A stretch of 64,000 bases of DNA from Spirochaetia bacterium (lineage in GTDB: Bacteria; Spirochaetota; Spirochaetia; DSM-2461). Each line of letters opens with the position of its first letter. Position 1 is the first letter of the stretch. Both the position numbers and the translations under genes were made by a program. The stretch is taken from contig CAXXIA010000002.1 in NCBI GenBank assembly GCA_963666985.2, positions 1,824,001 through 1,888,000 on the forward strand. The letters run 5' to 3'. Positions 21,616-31,913 of the stretch are shown piece after piece. The notes under the pieces are model-generated. The model saw nothing but the letters and a program-made list of their open reading frames with translations, was not told where the DNA came from and did not search any database.

Positions 21616-22293
21616 ATGCCGCAAAAGGCATGGATTTTCGTAAAATTTGGCCAGAGGAAATATTTAGAGGAAATTCAAAAAGGAATTTTGTATATGAACT
21701 CTTGGCAATATTTTAAATATTTAGAGAATGAAGCTCAGAAAGATATTTATGAAGGTTCTTTGATTTGGTTAAATCCAAGTATTAGCACTATTAAAATCGG
21801 CGATCGAGTTCTTACAAGAGAAAATGGTACTTTATGTGCTTCTCTCTCTTTTCCAATGGAATCAATAAAAATATTTTGTATGAGTGTTATTTGTAGAGGC
21901 GATCAGATTCGTTCGGATTTTAAAATATTCGACGATAGAATGAGGAATTTTGGGGATAGTTTTCTAGTAATCTATAATGCAAATAGATTTCTTAAAAGAG
22001 TTGATAAAGCATTGGAAATAAATTTGAAAAAAGAGATCTTTGTTTCAGCTGATTATGGAAAAGTTGAATATTTCAAACCGAATGAATATGATGGAGATGT
22101 TGGACCTTTTAGGAAAATTGATTATTATAAATATCAAAAAGAATTTCGTATAGTTATTTGTAAATCATCAAAAAAGCCATTTAAATTATCAGTGGGATCA
22201 CTAGAAGATATTTCTATTTTAGATTCTGTCTCAAATTTTATAAATGTGGTAAAACAAAAACGGGATTTATCAGGATTTAATTTGTTATTTTAG
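21616..22293 (+). CDS. Hypothetical protein
   Basis: ATG 2 bp after the previous stop; second gene of the cassette. Confidence 0.7.
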   Translation: MPQKAWIFVKFGQRKYLEEIQKGILYMNSWQYFKYLENEAQKDIYEGSLIWLNPSISTIKIGDRVLTRENGTLCASLSFPMESIKIFCMSVICRGDQIRSDFKIFDDRMRNFGDSFLVIYNANRFLKRVDKALEINLKKEIFVSADYGKVEYFKPNEYDGDVGPFRKIDYYKYQKEFRIVICKSSKKPFKLSVGSLEDISILDSVSNFINVVKQKRDLSGFNLLF

Positions 22294-22346
22294 CATCTTT
22301 AGTAATCCCAAAGGGTTAATATATTATTGAAAAAATTGGGCACTAC

Positions 22347-22559
22347 ATTTAACAGCTGTTGATGCGCTCCGGCGTCAACTCGCGTTGCCGCCTCCGGGCC
22401 TTCGGCCAAATTTCGCTTTGGCCATGGCTCTTGCGAATGCAGATCGAGGAGTGATGTGATACAATCAAAGGCGAACACGGCATTGCTGTAGAAGAGCAAG
22501 AGCGCATGCCAACCGGCTCCGCCGGACGCGAAACTTCGCATAACAGCGGAACGTTAAAG
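22347..22559 (+). repeat. attC site 13
   Basis: AAC 22351, GTT 22553. Confidence 0.9.
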
Positions 22560-23245
22560 GAAATTTCGGACGACGGAATAAAAGGGGATTCTTTTTTTAG
22601 AGGTGTTTTTCATGGCAACCTCATTCTTTACATTTGAATAAGTAACAGAAACGGACTTTCTTTGAGTGTTCATATTTTTTTAACAGGCCTTCCTTCTCTT
22701 TGAAAGAAACAGGTCGTTTTGATGCGGCTTTCTCCTCACCCCCCTGCGCCTTTGAGATCATCTTCAACCAAGAAGCTAAAAGCATCGGAACAAAACTCAC
22801 TTCGGGATCAGAAGCACTTAGTGATAAAACGCTCAGTTCGAGAGAAGTTGTGTCGTGAAGGTATATGGTTTTTAACGATTATAGGAATCGCTCATGAGAA
22901 AATACTTATCCGTTGATGGTTGTTGCTTCGGGAAATGAGTCGCTCCTGGTTTGATTGGTTCGCGAGAAATGGGGTGGTAGCCAGAGACGAATGAATGGAT
23001 GGAGGTAAGAGAAATGGAGATTGTTTTCTCCGTGGTTTTGCCTTTGAGAATAATGCTGAATGCTTCGGATAATACTGGTGTAGATGATGAAGGAGAAGAA
23101 GAGGATTTGAAGGAATCCGTCTTGTCAGCACCGGTGATAAATTTCCTGAAAACACCGGAATAAGATTTCCGGTTTTGAGCCAATAAAAACGGGCGAGTAT
23201 CCCTAAGATGGAGTAACCATACACCCATCGAAAAGGACACTGCCC

Positions 23246-24499
23246 GTGAAGCTCCAGGAGAAACGCATGCACCAGGCTCAAGTGCTGGCCAAGGAAGGGT
23301 ACAAGCAGTACCGAATCGCCGAAATACTCGGCGTTACCGACCGAACGGTTCGAAATTACCTCAGCGGACACAGTCCCAAAATGAGCCCCAGGAAGAAACG
23401 GAAGAGCAAGCTCGACCACTTCAAATCCCATATTCGCAGTGTACTTGAGGAGGAACCGCTCTTCAATTGCGAGGTGCTTTATAAGAATCTTTGCGCCATG
23501 GGTTACACCGGAGGAATCACCATCCTCCGTGATTTCGCCAAAGAGACCCGAGATGAGATTCAGAGAGAAGTAGTTCGCCGCTTCGAAACCCAGGCCGGCT
23601 ACCAGGCACAGATGGACTGGAAGATATTGCCGAAGGAACACTGGCGAGGCGTCTACGCCTTCGTCATGGTCCTCGGCTACAGCCGGACTCCCTATGTGAG
23701 ATTCACCACCGATATGACCAGCGGCACACTGCTGGCCTGCCACCAGAAAGCCTTTGAGTATTTTGGCGGTGTTCCTCAGACTGTATTGTACGACAACATG
23801 AAAACAGCATGGGTCCACGACGGAGAAGAGTGGAAGACCAACTCCCGGTTACTGGAGTTCGCTTCCTCCTACGGTTTCTCTCCAAGACGATGCGCCGTCA
23901 GGCGTCCCCAGACCAAAGGAAAAGTAGAGAGGTTCATCGACTACCTTTCGGGTAACTTCCTTTCTCAGGCACGGCGTAGTGGCCTGAAGACGATCGAAGA
24001 ACTCAATGACGCCATTCTGCCCTGGCTGACTGAAGTTCAGCAGAAAGAGCTCCGGGACTACCAGGAAAGTCGTGCCCAGCGATATGAGGTGGAGAAATCC
24101 TTCCTGCAACCGGCACCGCCAGAGGGAGCTTTTGACTACCGTGACAGCATTCAGCTCATTGTCAGTCGAGAAGGCTCAGTCACCTACAAGACTAACAAGT
24201 ACAGCGTGCCGCCTGTATTGGTTGGTAAGAAGCTGACGCTGAAAATCGATGCGCTTTCCATGCAGGGGGAAATCCTCAATGGGAAGGTTTCCATACGGCT
24301 ATTCAATCTCCTTCCAGCTGGCTCCCGGCAGAAGGATATCCGCAATGAAGATCGGGAAGCACTCTTTACCCTGTGGGAGAAGCAGCGTAAGAAGTCGGCG
24401 AAAAAACCAGTCCGGAAGCAACAAGATGAGCAGACCATCGTCGATATCAGAAATCCTGCCTACTATGAGCGCTTTGTCGCTGTGGGAGTCTCGGTATGA
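23246..24499 (+). CDS. istA: IS21 transposase
   Basis: RFET..GYQAQMDW, LYDNMK and TKGKVER motifs. Confidence 0.93.
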   Translation: MKLQEKRMHQAQVLAKEGYKQYRIAEILGVTDRTVRNYLSGHSPKMSPRKKRKSKLDHFKSHIRSVLEEEPLFNCEVLYKNLCAMGYTGGITILRDFAKETRDEIQREVVRRFETQAGYQAQMDWKILPKEHWRGVYAFVMVLGYSRTPYVRFTTDMTSGTLLACHQKAFEYFGGVPQTVLYDNMKTAWVHDGEEWKTNSRLLEFASSYGFSPRRCAVRRPQTKGKVERFIDYLSGNFLSQARRSGLKTIEELNDAILPWLTEVQQKELRDYQESRAQRYEVEKSFLQPAPPEGAFDYRDSIQLIVSREGSVTYKTNKYSVPPVLVGKKLTLKIDALSMQGEILNGKVSIRLFNLLPAGSRQKDIRNEDREALFTLWEKQRKKSAKKPVRKQQDEQTIVDIRNPAYYERFVAVGVSV

Positions 24500-25260
24500 A
24501 TATCAAACTTGAGACCGTCACCGAGAGAATGAATTCGCTGGGTATGAGTTTCATGTCCGCAGGACTGGAATCCTTCCTGGCAGAACCCCGCCGGCAGGAA
24601 CAGACGGTACTGGATATCGTTGCCGACTTGATGGAACTTGAATACATCCCCCGTAAAGAACGGAGCGCCAAGAGCCGCTTGAAGCTTTCAGGAATGCCGG
24701 CAGTGAAAAGGCTGGAAGACTTCGACAGGGGGTGGCTCAAAGGTGGTATCACCAACCGCCAGTTTGACGAGCTCTCCTCTCTGGCCTTCATCGAGCGAAA
24801 GGAGAACGTCATTCTCATGGGTCCCAGCGGCCTGGGAAAATCTCATCTGATGCTGGCCCTGGGGCACAAGGCCTGCATGGAGGGATTCACCACCTACCAT
24901 ACCACCTGCATCGACCTCATTGAGAACCTGGTTCTTGCCCGAGAGAACAACCGGCTCAAGCGTCGGCTGGTATGGCTCCGAAAACCGCACCTGCTTCTCA
25001 TCGATGAAGTCGGTTACGAGAAGCTGACACCCGAACAGGCTAATCTTTTCTTCCAGGTTGTGAATGCCCGGTATGAACAGGGGAGTATGATCATTACGAC
25101 GAACAAGCCATTTGGCAGATGGGCGGAGATAATGAGTGATGAGGCTGTTGCCAGTGCAACCCTGGACCGTCTGCTTCACCATGCTCATATCCTGAGTCTT
25201 CAAGGAGACTCGTACCGAATGAAGGATCGGTTGAAAGCGGGAGTCGTTGACTTCCTTTGA
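24496..25260 (+). CDS. istB: IS21 helper ATPase
   Basis: GPSGLGKS, LLLIDEVGY and LDRLLHH motifs. Confidence 0.93.
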   Translation: MNIKLETVTERMNSLGMSFMSAGLESFLAEPRRQEQTVLDIVADLMELEYIPRKERSAKSRLKLSGMPAVKRLEDFDRGWLKGGITNRQFDELSSLAFIERKENVILMGPSGLGKSHLMLALGHKACMEGFTTYHTTCIDLIENLVLARENNRLKRRLVWLRKPHLLLIDEVGYEKLTPEQANLFFQVVNARYEQGSMIITTNKPFGRWAEIMSDEAVASATLDRLLHHAHILSLQGDSYRMKDRLKAGVVDFL

Positions 25261-25596
25261 CGCCCAAAACCGGAAAAACTAAATCGGTGAAATCCGGAAA
25301 TGTTTCGTCGGTGTTGACACGTCTTGAGAGAAAGTGGTCGGAAGAGGCGAATTGCATCGGATGATGGCCTGAATAAAGTGATAAGGCGATGAAAGGGAGA
25401 ATAGCGTTGAGTATGAGAGAATGGAGAGATGTTCGGATGAATTGGTCAAAAACGAAAGAGGGAAGTCTGTAAAAGGGTGAATGAAGAAAAGATGAAAAGG
25501 AGAAGGCCAAGAGGAATCCGATTAAGGGGTTCAGGTAAAAAACGGCGAGGAGGGGTGAGGAGAAGGAGGTTATTATAGATGTGTCGTCCGAACTTC

Positions 25597-25868
25597 CTTT
25601 AACAGCTGTTGATGCGCTCCGGCCGCTAAAGGTGTTTAGCGGCCTTGGGCCGAGCGATGGGAAACTATGAGTTTTATGATTTTTGTAAAAGGGAAAAATC
25701 AAATTGGTTTGGCTCGGCCAAATTTCGCTTTGGCAATGGCTCTTGCAGATGCGTTCTTGGAAGTTGTGTGATAGGCTGAAGAGCGAACGGGTTTTCTGCT
25801 AAAAGCAAGAGCACATGCCAACCGGCTACGCCGGCCGCGAAACTTCGCATACCAGCGGGCCGTTTCCT
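25597..25868 (+). repeat. attC site 14 (long variant)
   Basis: AAC 25601, GTT 25862. Confidence 0.9.
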
Positions 25869-25934
25869 GAAATCTGTTTGAATTCATGAGTTTCTAGCCA
25901 CGCCATCATGGCGCGCTGTAGTTAGCTAGGTTGT

Positions 25935-25963
25935 TTGACTTGTGATATCATATTTGATATTAT
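25935..25963 (+). promoter_or_regulatory. Sigma70-type promoter of hicAB cassette
   Basis: TTGACT-17bp-TATTAT. Confidence 0.6.
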
Positions 25964-25983
25964 TCTATAGTGAGAGTCACTTC

Positions 25984-26235
25984 ATGCCGAATATCGAATC
26001 ATTAGACCTGAGTAATCCCAGGAATGTTAAGTTCAAGGACCTGAAGAGACTCTGTGAGTATCATTTCGGCGAAGGTCGAAACACAGGTGGTAGCCACTTA
26101 GTCTTTCCAACTCCGTGGAAAGGGGATCCATTTATCAATATTCAACCTAGTAAGCGGGATAAGAAGATGGCGGTGCCGTATCAAGTTAAAAATGTTAGAG
26201 ACGCTATAGAAAAGAAAAAGGAATTAGGTCTTTAA
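25984..26235 (+). CDS. hicA: HicA-family toxin
   Basis: NPRNVKFKDL, GGSHLVF and AVPYQVK motifs. Confidence 0.85.
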   Translation: MPNIESLDLSNPRNVKFKDLKRLCEYHFGEGRNTGGSHLVFPTPWKGDPFINIQPSKRDKKMAVPYQVKNVRDAIEKKKELGL

Positions 26236-26236
26236 A

Positions 26237-26839
26237 ATGAATGTTGCAGACAAGTATTCTATTCGCTCGTTCTGGTCGGACGATGATGAAAGCTTCATTT
26301 CTGTATGTTCTGAGTTTCCATCTCTTTCGGCTGTAGGAGATACGAGAGAAGAAGCCACAGATGAAATGTTGACTCTTTTAGAGTTTGTAATCGGTGAGTT
26401 GGAGAAAGAAGGAAAAGAATTACCTAAACCTATCGCATCAAGAGAATTGAAGGGAAACATCCTTCTAAGGGTAGATCCTTTTCAACACCGTAGAGTGCTT
26501 AATATAGCAGAAGAGTCAAAAAGATCCATGAATCAGACACTTAATCTTCTCATTTCTCTTGGGATTGAGAAGTACAATGGTGAAATTGCAGATGGTAAAA
26601 CACAATCAGCGATTGAAGAGCTTCGAGCAGATCTTAAGGTTCACGATTTTCAAATGACATCTGCACTTGCACGTAATAAAGCAGAAGATGATCGCGTTCC
26701 CGATAAAACTAATTTTATTCCAATTGCAAAATTCACTCGCTCCTCAAAAGATTTCTACAATTATAATTTTCCTTTCTTAAATCAGAATTTGCCAAGAGGA
26801 AATAATGATATCGATACTGACGAACGATTGGAGATGTGA
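26237..26839 (+). CDS. hicB: HicB-family antitoxin with long C-terminal extension
   Basis: WSDDDESF...EFPSLSAVGDTREEA...KGNILLRV...SMNQ, then about 85 extra residues. Confidence 0.85.
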   Translation: MNVADKYSIRSFWSDDDESFISVCSEFPSLSAVGDTREEATDEMLTLLEFVIGELEKEGKELPKPIASRELKGNILLRVDPFQHRRVLNIAEESKRSMNQTLNLLISLGIEKYNGEIADGKTQSAIEELRADLKVHDFQMTSALARNKAEDDRVPDKTNFIPIAKFTRSSKDFYNYNFPFLNQNLPRGNNDIDTDERLEM

Positions 26840-27537
26840 GAATGGCTGAGATAAGATCGGTACAATGTACAGATATTTTACTGTATTACCCGGATGAATT
26901 TCAAACCAACTCGCTTGTATCGCAGAATTTCTTGGTAGAAGTTCAAGAGAAGTTTTCTCTCACTTTGGGCGTTCCTCCAATAGCAGTTCAAACAAATCAA
27001 AGCCCAGTTGTCTTTACAGGGGGAATCTACAAATACGAAGATAAAGAGTATCCCATCGAGAATCTTCAAATAGAAAATCGAAAAGTTACAATTGCGGGGC
27101 AGTGCGAGACGTCAATTTTAAACTCATTTTACTCAGAGTTTCTTGTTGTTGTGGACAAATACGATCCTAGGCAAACACCTTCCCAACATAAGAGCCTAGT
27201 TCATACCAATGAGACTGTAGCGGTTTGTAAATTCGACAAACCCTTTTCTGCATTTCTTAGTACTGGACTAGTCTCAGAAATTCCCGAAGCCTTGCATACT
27301 AAAATTAACAACCATGGTGGAATAGTCATTGTGGAACCTTACTCAGTAAAATATAAAATCAAATATCGAGATGTACCTGAAAAAATAGTTGATAATAAAA
27401 TCCAATTAGTAGACAAGTTTCTTACATTTGAAGTTCGTGAGAAAACGTCAATTACTGAGTGTATTATTTTTACTGTATCTCCGTGTGATTTTGACACACA
27501 CATGAAGTTGATAGAAACCGTAGAAAAAATGCTCTAG
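26836..27537 (+). CDS. Hypothetical protein coupled to hicAB
   Basis: Start overlaps or abuts the hicB stop. Confidence 0.75.
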   Translation: MRMAEIRSVQCTDILLYYPDEFQTNSLVSQNFLVEVQEKFSLTLGVPPIAVQTNQSPVVFTGGIYKYEDKEYPIENLQIENRKVTIAGQCETSILNSFYSEFLVVVDKYDPRQTPSQHKSLVHTNETVAVCKFDKPFSAFLSTGLVSEIPEALHTKINNHGGIVIVEPYSVKYKIKYRDVPEKIVDNKIQLVDKFLTFEVREKTSITECIIFTVSPCDFDTHMKLIETVEKML

Positions 27538-27623
27538 GCTGGCTTGGTTTTCAAGATTGATTTTTATGATTCATCCGCTACCTTCATGTACTGGGTGAAG
27601 AGGTCTCTCCACAAACAGACTTC

Positions 27624-27838
27624 AGGAAACAGCTGTTGATGCGCTCCGAATACATTTGCAAGCAAATGTATTCTCCGGGGCTCCGCCCAAATTTCGCTTT
27701 GGACATGGTTCTTGCAGATGCGTCTCTGGAAGAGATGTGATACATTCAAATGCGAACAGGCTTTCTGTTGAAGTGCAAGAACGCATGCCAACCGGCTTCG
27801 CCGGACGCGAAACTTCGTATACCAGCGGAACGTTTTAC
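27624..27838 (+). repeat. attC site 15
   Basis: AAC 27628, GTT 27832. Confidence 0.9.
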
Positions 27839-27987
27839 GAAAAAATCCAAAGGCATTTTACCGTGGCGGCGTCCGTGCCGCCCCGAATAGTTTCATATAA
27901 TGGAAATAGAAATATTTAAAGTTAATCTAATACAACGTCTCCATAACGAGCCGACTCGGTCTCTGTTCATGGCATTGTTATATGGTA

Positions 27988-30219
27988 TTAATTCCGTACA
28001 CGTGCTCTATCTGAAATTCTTAGATCACTTCTATTCCATCCAAGAGAATTCATTTCCTTTACCATCTCATTAAATATAGGTATGTTTTTTTCATGATCTC
28101 TTACACTAACTAATAAAGCAAACTTTTGAGGCTCTAATTGCATATTATGTGTTTCAAATCTTCTCTGAAGATTCAACTTCAGCCTCCAGATGTCACCACT
28201 ACACCCCCGAGGAAAAATTCTTCTATATACTTTCACTGGGGACCATTTAAATCCGTGTTCGATTTGTTCTGATTCATATAATTTATTGATATCTTTAGGA
28301 TCAATTGGAACTTTCTTTGAATGTTTTCCATTTTTAAAAATTCCTAATGAGACTTCAATATTTGATCGGCAATACTCTGCTAGAAATGACGAGTCAGTAG
28401 GTGGTGAATATACCAAAGTCATTAATAATTCTCCATGGAACTTACCGTCAGCTCGTAATGATTCGGGTAGAGGAAAAGGTTGGCGGCTAAATTCTAAAGA
28501 ATCATATAATTCTCCCTCAAAAATCATAGTGCAAGTAAATGGATCACCAGTTAAGAATTTAATTGGTTCAAGCGGTTTTCCAAAACCATAGTATTTTACT
28601 TCTTCTGCAGTTCGTATTGGTGAATCTAGTACCGCACTATGAATGACCAAAGCCTTTATTAATTCTTTTGAAATATCACCAGATATTAATTTTGTGTACT
28701 GTGAAGCTATACTTGAAACTATAGGTGTAGAGAAACTAGTCCCAATATTTTCAGAATGCTTTGAGTCTGCAGAAACCGAAAGAACACCTGTTTGAGAATA
28801 GTTACCATTTTTATCACAATTTCCACCATAATGAATAATTTCTGGTTTTGGAATGAAACTCGGTCCGGGGCCTCTTCTAGAAAAAGGGGAAGGCTCTTCA
28901 TTTCGAACTAAAGTAATTGGTGTAAATTTATGTGTTATTGAACCAACAGATAACGCCCGAGATGAATCACCAGGTGTAGAAATTCTATCATCAATACTTA
29001 TATCACTAGGTGGCCAGTTTCGGAGAGGTATATTTGTGTAATTACCTGCTGATATTACAAATAATACATTATAAGTATCTTGTAATTCATCAAAATAACT
29101 TGCTAGTGAAGAATATGAGAACGAATCAGTAGGCGTTGAGGCTCCTAAAGAAAGATTCCAAATACGTACATAAGGAAATGATTTTATAGAATCTTCAATG
29201 GTCTCTTTGAGATCCTCTTCTGAAATTCCATTTTTGGGAGATAAAGCGCGGATGTCAATGATTTTAGCATGTACATTAGGGAAACGTGGATCGGAGTGGT
29301 TTAAACTATGATTATTAGCTATTAATCCTCCGACAAAAGAACCATGCTCAAAATCCGTTTCTTTATCTATAATCCTTTTTTTCCTAGCAACAACCCAATC
29401 CGATAGAGCTTTATTGTCATCATGAATACCTGTATCAATAATTCCAACTATTGGGTAATCGACTGATTTATCAGGTTTTGGAAAGAGTTGCTCATGCAAA
29501 TCTCCAATTGTTATATTAGTCGTTTTTAATGTTTCATATTGAGGGAACAAAGACACAGTTCTAACAGGAGGGAAAATGCATAATTTTGGAATTGTTTGAT
29601 TGTCATTAATTTCTGCCTTATATACAATTTGGTTTTTCCCATAGTTAATTTTTTTATATTTTAGAATGCCAATTTCTTCAAATACAGATAATAAACATTT
29701 ATTAATTTTATTATTTAACTCAGTATCCTTAAAATCGAATAAACTAATTTTTATCTCTCTGAAATTTTCAATAGAAATACTTGAATCAATACGATCAAAT
29801 TGAGAATAATCTAAAAAGCTTTCAAGTGATGAGATATTTGCGATATTTTCTTTTGTAGTCCCTTCCTCTATAATTCTATTCAGTTTTTCAAGACCGATCT
29901 CATTTACTCTTATTAGAAGCTTTCCAAATCCATAATCACCAATAATTGGACATGTAGAGTTATTTAATAGCGATGATGGACGATGACTTTTTGCAATAGC
30001 CTCTTTCTTTAATTCAACTCGTGCAATATTAGGTATGTTTGGCCATTTATGAAATGTTTTTTTATATTTCTGGTTAATGCTTGAAATTTGATTTGAATAT
30101 AATGAGCGCAATGACGGTGTAACATTTGAAAAAACTTTTTTAGGACCGCCAGATGAATAGGGCTTATGGTGATCTCGTTCAGAAATCGTAATTACCTGAA
30201 GGGGATATTCATCTGACAT
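27988..30219 (-). CDS. ietS: S8 subtilase-family peptidase, IetS-like
   Basis: Catalytic triad motifs IIDTG, EHGSFV and GTSFSTP; downstream of an AAA ATPase. Confidence 0.85.
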   Translation of the reverse strand: MSDEYPLQVITISERDHHKPYSSGGPKKVFSNVTPSLRSLYSNQISSINQKYKKTFHKWPNIPNIARVELKKEAIAKSHRPSSLLNNSTCPIIGDYGFGKLLIRVNEIGLEKLNRIIEEGTTKENIANISSLESFLDYSQFDRIDSSISIENFREIKISLFDFKDTELNNKINKCLLSVFEEIGILKYKKINYGKNQIVYKAEINDNQTIPKLCIFPPVRTVSLFPQYETLKTTNITIGDLHEQLFPKPDKSVDYPIVGIIDTGIHDDNKALSDWVVARKKRIIDKETDFEHGSFVGGLIANNHSLNHSDPRFPNVHAKIIDIRALSPKNGISEEDLKETIEDSIKSFPYVRIWNLSLGASTPTDSFSYSSLASYFDELQDTYNVLFVISAGNYTNIPLRNWPPSDISIDDRISTPGDSSRALSVGSITHKFTPITLVRNEEPSPFSRRGPGPSFIPKPEIIHYGGNCDKNGNYSQTGVLSVSADSKHSENIGTSFSTPIVSSIASQYTKLISGDISKELIKALVIHSAVLDSPIRTAEEVKYYGFGKPLEPIKFLTGDPFTCTMIFEGELYDSLEFSRQPFPLPESLRADGKFHGELLMTLVYSPPTDSSFLAEYCRSNIEVSLGIFKNGKHSKKVPIDPKDINKLYESEQIEHGFKWSPVKVYRRIFPRGCSGDIWRLKLNLQRRFETHNMQLEPQKFALLVSVRDHEKNIPIFNEMVKEMNSLGWNRSDLRISDRARVRN

Positions 30220-30229
30220 AATAATGCTC

Positions 30230-31321
30230 CTATTTTAATAGATTTGATATTTTCCCAACTGAATAATTAAATATCTCACTAATTACTTCATAAGTAAAAT
30301 ATTTGGGGTTAACAGCTCTAAGATGCTTAATAACTGAAATCTCACTAGTATCAATTTGATTGTTGGAAGCCTTAAATAAATCTATGATTGTGTCGCGTAA
30401 ATTGATTTTCTCATAATTATTTACAATTTTATTTCTAATATTATTCTCAATAATATTTTTAATCTCCGATCCGGATAATCCATCTGACGCAATCGAAAGA
30501 AGGATATTATTTTTTTCATCAATAAATCCGTGAGAATATTTGTTTATTATTTTACTTCTAGTTTCGTCATTTGGTAATGTAATATTTAATTTAAAGTTAA
30601 ATCTTCTCCAGACAGCGGGATCAAGTAAATGTTCATGATTTGTCGCTGCTAATAGAATAGTATACGAATCCAAAGCATCGATATTTTGTAATAAACTAAC
30701 TACAACCCTTTTTAATTCACCTAATTCGTTGTGATCATCCCTGACTTTAGCAAGAGAATCGAACTCATCTAGAAAAAGAATGCAAGGACGTGAGTTAACA
30801 TATTCAAATAATTGTCTAATATTTTTAGCAGTACTTCCTAAATATGAAGAAATTAGTGTATCACTTCTGGATACTATGAGCGGTAATTTTAGTTGGGAAG
30901 CGATATAGTGTGCTAATTCAGTTTTACCACACCCTGGAGGGCCATATATTAGCATTGACGGTGAAATACCAACACCATCTTTAAGAAGTTGATCTGATGC
31001 TTTTACATATTTTATAAAATTTTGTATGTCTATTGTAATATGATCGTCTAAATACACCTCAACATTTTGTGTGAAATATTTCTCATCAGCTAATGAGGAT
31101 TTTGATTCTTGATCTATTGGAATAGGTTTAATACTAAGATCTTGGGTAAATAAATTATTGGTTTTGATATTGTTTATTTTATTAATAATTCGCGTAGATG
31201 ACCCTGTATCACCTTGAATAGCTAAATTTTCTGAAAGTAATTTACTATATGATATGATTTTATCTTTATCTAATTGAAGACCGCCTTCAATTATCTTTAG
31301 AACTTCTGATAAATATTGCAT
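30230..31321 (-). CDS. ietA: AAA ATPase, IetA-like
   Basis: GPPGCGKT, LFLDEFD, GELKRVV and LDPAVWRRF motifs; start MQYLSE after GAGGGA. Confidence 0.85.
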   Translation of the reverse strand: MQYLSEVLKIIEGGLQLDKDKIISYSKLLSENLAIQGDTGSSTRIINKINNIKTNNLFTQDLSIKPIPIDQESKSSLADEKYFTQNVEVYLDDHITIDIQNFIKYVKASDQLLKDGVGISPSMLIYGPPGCGKTELAHYIASQLKLPLIVSRSDTLISSYLGSTAKNIRQLFEYVNSRPCILFLDEFDSLAKVRDDHNELGELKRVVVSLLQNIDALDSYTILLAATNHEHLLDPAVWRRFNFKLNITLPNDETRSKIINKYSHGFIDEKNNILLSIASDGLSGSEIKNIIENNIRNKIVNNYEKINLRDTIIDLFKASNNQIDTSEISVIKHLRAVNPKYFTYEVISEIFNYSVGKISNLLK

Positions 31322-31624
31322 TATTCCCTCTTGTGAAAATATATACCAATTCGTGAAAAAATGCAATATATAATGAAAATGTATCATAATATGTGAAAAA
31401 AATAAGCTATATATGAAATATCCTTCTCGATATAACATTATAGATTATCTACTTTGTCGGTAATTCGTAAAATCTGTATAAATTATACAAAAATGTCTTT
31501 TAAGCAGCATAGCAAGTATAAATTATGTAGAAAACATTAAAAGAATTAACGTTTACATTAGTCCATCAGAATCATGTCCTGTGATTCTGATGGTGTTTTT
31601 ATTGGCTCTTTTCTGGATTTCATC

Positions 31625-31895
31625 GTAAAACAGCTGTTGATGCGCTGCGGACGCTAACGAGGTTTGCGTCCTTGGGCCGAGCGATGGGAAACTATGAGTT
31701 TTATGATTTCTGTAAAAGGGAAAAATCAAATTGGTTCGGCTCGGCCAAATTTCGCTTTGGCGATGGCTCTTGCAGATGCGTTCCTGGAAGTTGTGTGATA
31801 GTCTGAAGAGAGAACAGGCTTTCTGCTAAAAGCAAGAGCGCATGCCAACCGGCTACGCCGGTCGCGAAACTTCGCATACCAGCGGAACGTTAATT
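31625..31895 (+). repeat. attC site 16 (long variant)
   Basis: AAC 31629, GTT 31889. Confidence 0.9.
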
Positions 31896-31913
31896 GAAAT
31901 ACGGAATGGAGGT

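Larger units (their letters stand above)
23123..25319 (+). mobile_element. IS21-family element
   Basis: TGTCAGCACCG/CGGTGTTGACA ends; 5-bp TSD CGTCT; istA-istB. Confidence 0.92.
22553..25603 (+). other. Long ORF-less cassette, type L, copy 3, interrupted by IS21
   Basis: 22553-23122 and 25320-25603 are colinear with copy 1. Confidence 0.75.
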
